Positions 11,201 to 20,000 of a stretch of DNA of 20,000 nucleotides are shown in pieces. Below the pieces are notes generated by a model that was given only the letters and a program-made list of their open reading frames with translations, searched no databases and had not been told where the DNA came from. This DNA comes from Seison nebaliae (Eukaryota). The stretch covers positions 53,957 to 73,956 of the forward strand of contig JALJEE010002943.1 in NCBI GenBank assembly GCA_023231475.1, read 5' to 3'. The position numbers and the translations under genes are program-made. Position 1 is the stretch's first letter. The number at the start of each line of letters is the position of its first letter.

Positions 11201-14200
11201 GAGATAAGTGAAATGGTATACCATTTTCATTCTGACATACACATCATCTTCCCAATAACTGATATAAAAATGAAAGAGGGGGAATCATCCCAAAGTAACT
11301 GGACATCAACAAATCAATGGAAAAAAGAGAATATAATTCTTAATTCTCATATTTAGGGCATCTGCTTAATAGATTGAATGTTGTTCAATTCTACTCAATT
11401 ATATTATTTAGGAATCAGATAATTATATTAGTCAAATATCTAAGTAAAATGATGTATATGATTATATATTTAAAAGTTAATACGACTCTATTTTATAAAT
11501 AACTTTCTTCAAAAAATATTTCCTCATTTTTCAATTGAAACTTAAGACAAATGTACCTAAAGTTATTTTGTCCCGGATGATGATAATGATGGAAATATCG
11601 TTAAGTTACTCGTACTCTGACATGAAGAGCGTACACATGTCGAATAAATGGAAATGATCACATCTGCCTCTTCGATTCTTTACTACATTTGCCGACAATC
11701 ATCTGCTTTTTTATCGATTTGTGGTTAACGAAAAATTAATAATTTCCCAAGTGGTCAGTTTCTTTTATTATTATCACTTCTGCTACTACAACCAACATTA
11801 CTACGACTGTATCAATACTAGAAATATCATCAGTGAATATAAACATCCGTTTTGTCGATAATGTTAGTTGTCAATGTTTTTTCAATCTTCTTTCATTTAG
11901 TTCGTTTACTCTGGTGGAAAGTGGTAAGACATAAACAAATAAATTAATTATTTGAGTTCAGCCTAGCTGGAAGTAATTAGAAAAGAAAGAGAAGAAACGC
12001 AAATGCATTTGTAGTAAATTATTTGCTCCTGTCGTGATGTAGCAAGAAGATTTAATAAATATTGATGAACTGACATAATATTTTAATGGCAGTTATTAAG
12101 TAAAATGACGAACATTTAATAAATGTCATTTATTTCTCTTTATGTTAATTCTTTTCTTTGAATGGAACGAATACCACGAAAAAAATGACATTCCTTCCAG
12201 CGATGATGGAACTGCTAAATAACTAAATTAGGAAAAGACAGTTTGATCGTAGAAGATTTTTAAAGAAGAATTAATAATTTTGAATTATTTAAAAATGTGA
12301 AAATTTTAATTTCAAATGGACAAGTGAGGGTGACTAAAAAAGTGGAGAGGCTAAATCGTCCCAATTACAGAATAATGATATACGCATTTAAATATCGTAG
12401 TTTTCATAATGTTTTCTATCCGGATTTTTATTCCGTTTTTCTTCGTAAAACTTTTTTGTAACTTCAACACATACTTTCTAAATTAAAGGTTATAGATTCC
12501 TTTTTATATGCTTTAGAAAGTTAGAACTTTTAGTTTAGAATCATTCTTATTGAATTCGAACATATCCGATGTATAATTGTGAACGAATAAGTAACTATAA
12601 CACAGTTTAGTTAAAGGAATTTTATAATTTTCCCAGATATTGAGCAATGTGTGAATAATGGTGAAATGGTGAGTACGAAAATTTTTAATTTTGACACATT
12701 ATTTTCTCATGTTGCCTCTCTCAAAGTAATTGATGATGAAAATTAAGAAAAATTTGTGTATCAATTTAATTATAAATAATATGTATAAGAACAATTATCA
12801 AAAATATGTTTGACAGTTAAATTATTTTGCACATTATTGAAACTGTTGGGTCTAAGCTATTGGAGAGTATTTCTGCATCATTGAAGTCATAAGATTTTTG
12901 ATAGAAAATCGAATGATTGTCAAATGACAAGATAAATTAATTGTAGGACGATTAGTTGATTTATTGGAATTGGTGAAATTACAGATAAAATTGATCATTA
13001 ATCCAACAGACGATTTAAATAGAGAACATATAATTGTTATTTTTTTGTTGGGTTACTTGAGAAATTTGTTTTCGTTTCTCGTATGAAATGACGAAAATCG
13101 GATAAAAGGAAGAAGAGTATACTTCCATTATTATTCTCACTATCATTGTCGTTTGTCTTCTCTATTATTATATAAAAATAATAGTAAATAATGAAGGAAT
13201 ATAGTGCATTATCAGAACAGAGTCAAGATAAGCCCAAATAAAGACAGAATAATCAATAAAGGGAATTGTTGGGAAGAAACTGATGGAAAAAAGAGAAGAA
13301 ATATTTAACACATCAGTCAACTCATTTGCATGGAGTAAGGGAAGATTCTATCTTGCTTTCTTCTTGCTTCTCTCTATTTAGTTCGAGAATTGGGATACGT
13401 TCATCAATAGGTACATTGTACATAGACATTGGTTGATAGATGCACACATTTTATCTTTACTACCATTCTACTATGCCGAATGCCTGAGACCACTACCTTC
13501 CAACAACAGTTAATATGTGCAAGAGCTACAACCGAATGCGAAGGAACTAGTTCAGTCGATTTCATTCTCTTTTGCCCAATCCTCCAAACGGTACATGAAT
13601 GAAGGTACATCCAATTTCTTTCTGGACAAGTGCGAAAATCTCCATAATTCAATTGTTTAATTATGAGCAATATAAATGTATCGATAATTGTGCATAACTG
13701 ATAAAATAGATATGTTATTGAAATTTATCTTTATTAAACGGAAAAAATTATTCAAAAAACTTTCTCATAAAGTGAAATTAAACTCCTAATCTAAATTATA
13801 ACTATGTAAAAATGTTTGACAATTATTATAAATTTTTTTCTCGAACGATTTTTCAGGTCAGAAAAGAATGAGAGAAGAAATTTTCTAGAGATATAGACCC
13901 AGAATCTTTGAAGCAGAAAATACGTATTATTCGATTCGTTATGTCCTTTTTCGGCATGTTCTCTTAGTTTATGGTCAAAAAAACATTATCAGTTAATGGG
14001 GGTTGGGAGTGGTACATTTCAAAAATAAGCGAAAAATAAATTTGTGCATATCCATTTTATTATCGATTTTTTCCATCACGTCTAATTGATGCATCTGTTG
14101 ACATTATCAAACCTAATCTATTTTCTATTGACTTTTCATCATTCATTTATTGCTCTTATCATCGGTCGATAGTAGAACCACAAGTAATATAATTATTCAT

Positions 14201-15364
14201 ATGGTTGTGATGGTAGAAGTTCCATTTATTCATGAATGAATAAATGAATGAAATATTGAGTGAATGAATCAATGAGGGAGTGATACTACACAATTTTGTT
14301 GATTAGCATAATTTAAGATATATGTTCCTTTGTCAATATCTGCATTGAGCGAATAGATTATTGATTTGTATATGCACGTGGACGTATCACCAAAATTGTT
14401 AGTTTGGAAGAAATACGATTCTCTTGCGAATTCACCAAATGTTAATTCAGGAGGAAAATTTGTCTAATATTTTTTAGTCTTTCCATTTTTATTCTTCTCC
14501 TAGTTGAAACTTCTATCCTAATGCCACGATGATGATCGATAATATTATTCCTTATTTTTATGAGTTGCGTAATCGGATTATATTCTGTTGTAATTCATCA
14601 TTTCAAATTATTCAATACATCCAGCGAGACAATTTTCTGATAGTTATTCGAATAACATCGTAAAAATCAAAAATATTAATTAAACAAATTCATTTTTATT
14701 AATAATTGATAAATATTTCAGAATATTATTCTCTCGTTACTCAATCGATAGTAATTCATATAATGAGTCTGTTTACTTCTGCAATTTAGCACGTTATGAC
14801 ATGAGGTAGTTTATGTGGTTTCTTTTACGGTCAATCATCGTTTCAACATTAATCTTTGTTTTCTTTAATAACGAAGACGTCACTCTTGATTCAATTTTTC
14901 TTAATGTTCCAACTGTAGACGGAAGTAATTTTCCCATATGTACGACAACTACTCAGGTAGAGGTTTATATCGATTCTATTATAAGTTTTTAATTTGACAA
15001 TGTATTTCCTTTCACATTCTCGTTGTTCTCTTCGTTTTGGCAACCTCTTCTTATTTGATGGGAAAATCATGTATTGTCAGGTTAAACTGTAAAAATATAA
15101 TAATCTTCTTTCTCTACGTTTTCGTCGATGTTCATTCTTTTCAAACATCTGATTCCATTAATATTGTTATTGTTGTTGTGGTGGTTAATTATTATGAATT
15201 GGAACGTCTTACCAATTTCTGTATAAGAGATTTAAGTTAACTAAAAAAATATTTTTTCCGTCTGTTCCCTCATCAATCATTAATCATCGTATATGGAATT
15301 TTTTCTTTTTGTGAAAATTTTTATTATTTTCTTTCCTATTTTAATTAAAGTGATTTTATAATTT

Positions 15365-15493
15365 TCTGATAAGTATAATTTTGTATGGATTGTTTATAGA
15401 TTCGTTAGTCGAATGACGACGAATCGTAGATGACCTCAACACAAATTGGTAGCAATAAAAATAGACTATCGATTGTTAGTGATCCGAAAAATT
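15365..15493 (+). repeat. 129-bp direct repeat, copy 1 (copy 2 at 18677-18805)
   Basis: Ungapped manual alignment of the two copies shows 5 mismatches in 129 bp. Confidence 0.95.
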
Positions 15494-16276
15494 GTTATTA
15501 TACGCCTTTGGCCCAGCCGGAGACTGAGAACGAAGAAGAAGAAGATTTCAAATATTCACAGGATCAAATTCAGCGATCATACGTCGGAGTAAACGGTACG
15601 AAATTAGAGTTAGTTGGAACACTCGAAAATTCGATAAAGAATATCTCCGCTTCAACTAATAATACGAGTAGGACGAATCAAATCGTTAATAAAAAGACAA
15701 AAAATTCTTCATTGAAATCTCGAAATATACTATCGCCAAGAATCTTGAAAAAATCATCAAAACCACAAGCAGAATCTCAGAATCCTAATAATTCATTTAA
15801 TAATCAAATAATTGAGAATAATCACGTAATATCATTTTTATCAACGCCATCGATCGATAAACGTGAAGATTTTGTGGATTCAACTAAACGGATACCTCAA
15901 ACGACAACATTCTCCGACATCGGTACTATTGACGACGATTCGAACGAACAAGAACGTCAACGATTGAAGCAAAGTGTCAAATTGAGTGGAATTGAAGCCG
16001 AACATTTCTCACCTTCCGCTAAAATCCATTCGCATAATTCGAGTCATAAATTGAAGTTGAGTAGTGAAAAAGACAAAACAGATTACGTTGATAAAAATCA
16101 GATATCATCACAGAAGAATAATCGATATCCATCCAAATCGACAACATTAATCCATTATAATAATACAAATCATAATTATCCACCTAATAACAAATTAGAA
16201 TTATTTTATCCTTCTAACGAGAAGATGAGTTACTCACAACACGATGACGATGATGATAAATTGTTACATGATGAAG
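15430..16276 (+). CDS. Large low-complexity (Ser/Asn/Lys-rich) coding exon, probable N-terminal exon of the M6/proteolipid gene
   Basis: 847-nt open frame from the ATG to the donor GAAG|gttcgt (phase 1). Splicing to 17095 (ctag|AG) gives ...DDDDDKLLHDEE-CMGQCC... in frame, for a 508-aa protein. The tail of the raw ORF after 16276 looks intronic. Confidence 0.68.
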
Positions 16277-16400
16277 GTTCGTCTCACAACATTTATTCTA
16301 TCTCATTTCAAATGGTCAAAATCCTTTCAACAATTATCTATTTCACTACGATTAATTAAATCTTAAATTATGCTACTCTACAAACTATCTACAATCCATG

Positions 16401-16416
16401 TATATATATATATATA
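16401..16416. repeat. (TA)8 microsatellite in an intron
   Basis: tatatatatatatata read directly from the sequence. Confidence 0.85.
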
Positions 16417-17094
16417 CAAAGAAGGATAAAGTAGATCAATGATTTGAATTGTGAAGATTATTATCGTTGCACGTCTTACTTTGCTGTTTTACAAGGATAA
16501 ATAGTTCTCTTGCATATCTCATGTCAATATTAGTGTGAGAAATATATCGAAAGAAAAAAGGAATTAACTCATTCTTAATTAATTGAATGGAAATAATTCC
16601 ATTTTGACAATTTTCCATCGTTACATCACTTCATTTCTTATTTTTCATCTGTCAGTTTACTTCTCTTTTATTCATCCTTAAAATCTTCCTCCTATATACG
16701 TATATTGAGCAACATTATGTGTTCTTAGAAATTTTCAACTTTGTCTATCCACAAATGAAGGAAGTCCATTCTTTTATCTAGAACGACTTAAGAATTGTAT
16801 CTGACATGTATCTTTTACTTTCCATTTATTTGATAAAGGATGAAAGAAAAAAAGTAAACATAGTTTTGTCCCACTACTATAGTAAAATTATTAGTTTTCA
16901 GTCTTCCCAAGGTCGATTGAAGTAGATGCATTTGGAAATATTCTGTAAATTACTCACGAAGAATTAAATAGTAATACAATCATACCATTAAACGTTAATT
17001 TCAGGAAAACGATCATCTAAATTTATAAAAATTATTTCTCCAAAATTTTATTTCATCTTAATCTATTTTTATTCATTCCTCTTCTTCATTCTAG

Positions 17095-18049
17095 AGTGTA
17101 TGGGACAGTGTTGCCATCGTTTAGCTAGAGTGCCATGTTGTACTTTAAGCGCATTCATCTGCTTCATCATTGGAATAGCGGGATTGACAGCTTCGGAACT
17201 CATCAAGATCGATCGATTACAAACGTTACTGACACAAACAATTTCTGATCAGTTCGAATTCTTCTAAAGAAAATTTAAAAAATTTTTTTCTTTAGTTTCC
17301 CCACTGTACGTCTAGTGATATATGGAGTTGCACCAGCACTCTTTGTTTTGGGTCTTCTTTTCTTGATAGTTAACACGTTGCTACATGGCCATACAAGACA
17401 GTCTCTTTTTTGGGGATCTCGTCACAATACGTTAGCATCCGTCGGAAATGGAATGGTTAAACTTTCATTTAAAATATTTAAATTCTTCAATTTAAATTTT
17501 AATGTTTTTAGATGATGATGATTTGCTATACTTTGCATTTAATCATATATGCAGTATCCATATGCCTTGCTATATTCGCAGCATATATTATGTACGCTAA
17601 ATACTATTTATGTGCCAATACTGACGAATTATCAAACGATTCTTGTTTAATATTTTATTTGAAAATAATCGGCTAATTTTATTATCATTTCATTTTTTTT
17701 GCAATTTTTAGTTCTGAATAATCGAAATCTGTTTGTTAAGAACGAAGAAAAGGTGATATGTTTAACGGTTGGAATTTAAATTATTGAAAATGTTTTCCTA
17801 ATCCTTCATTGATAATCAGATGGATCGTTTACTACTTCCTTCAATTTGTGCATTTGTATCATCCGTCGTAATAATATTAGCATTGGTTTATCATTTATCA
17901 TTAAATTATTATTAATAATTTGAAAACTGACTAAATTGTAGATTCATTTCATTACATTGATGGCCGCTGCACAAGCACATATATATGAAGATCGAATGAA
18001 ATATACAAACGACAATATCGACGTTGATGGCGAGGAAACTCGGATGTAA
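17095..18049 (+). CDS. M6: Myelin proteolipid protein family member (M6 / GPM6A-B / DM20-like), four-TM core; exons 17095-17251, 17296-17455, 17512-17644, 17712-17767, 17820-17885, 17942-18049
   Basis: Spliced translation: CMGQCCHRLARVPCCTLSAFICFIIGIAGL...HFPTVRLVIYGVAPALFVLGLLFLIVNTLLHGHTRQSLFWG...MMICYTLHLIIYAVSICLAIFAAYIMYAKYYLCANT...EEKVICLTMDRLLLPSICAFVSSVVIILALIHFITLMAAAQAHIYEDRMKY...*. This matches the PLP/M6 pattern: N-terminal CC..L.RVP..tL, VIYG.A..lF in TM2, and the LVHYLM.LSANYAHI-like end of TM4. Five phase-consistent GT-AG introns of 44-67 nt. The donors at 17645 and 17768 are less certain. Confidence 0.88.
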
Positions 18050-18676
18050 GAAACATTGATAGAATCAGATATACAGTCCTTCATTCATCATTCTAATCAA
18101 TACAATTTTTGAAAATCATTATACTCATCCTTATACTATTCAATCAATTCAATCAATTGTAATTAAGAATTTTTCACCAAAAAAAATTTCGAACAACTTT
18201 CAGCTTCAATAACTATTTTGTTTTCTAAATTTTCGCCTGTTCTCTTTTTCTCTTTTAGTCATTTTAATTGATCTGAATAAGTTCAATTTGTTGAATTTAA
18301 TTCATGAATATCATCGACTAAATGTTACTGATCATTCTTAAAATTCGTACCCAGAATCAATGTTCTCTATTCCTTGTAAATATGACTACTCATCATATCT
18401 AGCCGAATATTTTTTTGCATTATTTTGCAAATTTCCGTTTTCCATGATTATAAATTATATTTAGCTTTTTATCTTATTCTTCGAATTATTGTTCAATCGA
18501 TTATTTTATTAACTTTCGATTGAAATTGCAATTTTCTCCAAATTTTCTTTTCTTAAAACATTTTTTTATTAAAAATTTAAAACGTTAAATAGTTTTAATT
18601 CAAAATTGTTTCATAATGTCATTCTTCATTGTAACTAAAGGTTGTCCAAAAAAGGAATGCATTGCATGGATTATTA

Positions 18677-18805
18677 TCTGATAAGTATAATTCTGTATGG
18701 ATTGTTTATAGATTCGCTAGTCGAATGACGACGAATCGTAGATGACTTCAACACAAATTGGTAGCAATAAAAATAGACTATCGATTGTTAATGATCGGAA
18801 AAATT
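18677..18805 (+). repeat. 129-bp direct repeat, copy 2: duplicated acceptor, ATG and first 21 codons of the 15430 exon
   Basis: About 96% identical to 15365-15493. It yields a 28-aa mini-ORF at 18742-18828 (MTSTQIGSNKNRLSIVNDRKNYKPRIDY*). Confidence 0.95.
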
Positions 18806-19065
18806 ATAAACCCAGAATAGATTATTAAGTACTATACTGTATAACTACTTTACAAAGGCAAGCTAAAAGTTATTCAAAAAAACTGACTGGAAGAATTAAC
18901 TTTATTAAACATTAAAAAACAAAAATACAAGCAAGAAAAACATACTGTTTATGTATATCTGAAGTATATGAGAACTGTATACCGACAAATATGTCTATTA
19001 GTTTTGAATGGATGGATAATTGTAGTGAAATTATCATTTGGTCTTTTTACTTAGCATGTTTTCGA

Positions 19066-19677
19066 TCAGTTCTGGGAGTTATGCTCTGCGAAATTATAGT
19101 AGATGGCATGTTCAAACCGTTGTCTTTTTTCATAATCCCTTAATAAAATTGGTTGTATCATCTTTCTTAGTTGTCCGTTATTCCTTCTAAATGAAATAAG
19201 TTCTTGCCAATAAGTTACTTCTACATTTGTACAAGCAGATTCATCATGACTATTGCCATTTAATGCTTCTTTTAAGGAGTGCATTGGGACAACCATAGTG
19301 TCAGATACTATATACCAGTTTTGCATATCTATCGATCTAATTACAGAAAGACTATGAGATGGAACCAAATGTTCATTAGTTTCAATGGCTGGTTTTAGCT
19401 CTTCCATTTTCTGTCCGGTTTCCTTTTCACTTCGATGATATTTGTAATAATCTGTGGTCAAAAACGTTTCTTCTATTGTAATTCTTATAATTTGTTCTAG
19501 AAGCATTTTATAATACAATGTTACCTGTCTGACAGTAAACATCCTAGAAAATTTTCCTAGCGCATACCTTTTCATCAGTACTTTTTCCAGTGCTAATCGT
19601 CTATCCTCAAAATCAAGAGGTAATGCTGTTTTATTATACATTTCGTTGACACCCTTGAACCATCTTAGACGATTCAA
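19066..19677 (-). CDS. Hypothetical protein or terminal exon of unknown family (first ATG at 19641, 191 aa; frame stays open upstream to the homopolymer at about 19779)
   Basis: More than 600 nt of open frame with globular-protein-like composition, and an AATAAA on the minus strand at 18906-18901, about 160 nt after the stop. No motif recognised, and the track start at 19677 is TTG. Confidence 0.55.
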   Translation of the reverse strand: MNRLRWFKGVNEMYNKTALPLDFEDRRLALEKVLMKRYALGKFSRMFTVRQVTLYYKMLLEQIIRITIEETFLTTDYYKYHRSEKETGQKMEELKPAIETNEHLVPSHSLSVIRSIDMQNWYIVSDTMVVPMHSLKEALNGNSHDESACTNVEVTYWQELISFRRNNGQLRKMIQPILLRDYEKRQRFEHAIYYNFAEHNSQN

Positions 19678-19778
19678 TAAAACTAAATTCGTGCCATAAA
19701 CTTGATAATTTACGTCTGATCGAACACCGTCGAATTTATCGAAAAGTTTTATAAAAAATATAAAAATTGATATTGAAA

Positions 19779-19799
19779 TTTTTTTTTTTTTTTTTTTTT
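19779..19799 (-). repeat. Poly(T)21 tract, which reads as poly(A) on the minus strand
   Basis: 21 consecutive T residues read directly from the sequence. Confidence 0.9.
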
Positions 19800-20000
19800 A
19801 AATTGATAAAGTTAAAATTTGAAATTAATTAAAAAGTATTATTATCAATATTTGACGTTATAGAACATTTATCGTCTCGATTTGTTTTTCCTGGATCTTC
19901 TTTTATTTTTGATATTTGGTATGATTCTTCCATTTCTAAGTTTCTTTCCTTCTTTTATTTCTTGAGTTTGGTCGTTCAGCCTGTCATCTTCTTGTTCTTC

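Noticed and set aside
14223..14246. Hairpin catttattcat-ga-atgaataaatg
   Set aside because: It lies in low-complexity TGAA-type sequence, where such hairpins are expected by chance.

Overview
Very AT-rich eukaryotic DNA, most likely from an invertebrate with a compact genome and mostly 44-77 nt introns. It is not prokaryotic, and I saw no CRISPR array, rRNA or tRNA. Manual splicing gives three intron-containing genes: (1) a beta-arrestin on the minus strand (1646 to beyond position 1, 7 exons in the window); (2) a 162-aa four-transmembrane tetraspanin-like protein on the minus strand (3727-3123, 3 exons) that lacks the large CCG-containing extracellular loop; (3) a proteolipid protein/M6 (GPM6/DM20) family gene on the plus strand (core 17095-18049). 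Two long low-complexity ORFs (6692-7685 and 15430-16276) each end at a phase-1 GT donor in frame with the M6 core, so they may be alternative large disordered N-terminal exons. Also present: a 400-bp piggyBac-like MITE (TTAA|CCCT...AGGG|TTAA, 4020-4419), a 129-bp local duplication of the start of the proximal M6 exon, an orphan ~200-aa ORF (19066-19677, minus) capped by a homopolymer tract, and a strong skew to GTT splice donors. All family calls come from my recognition of motifs, not from database searches.
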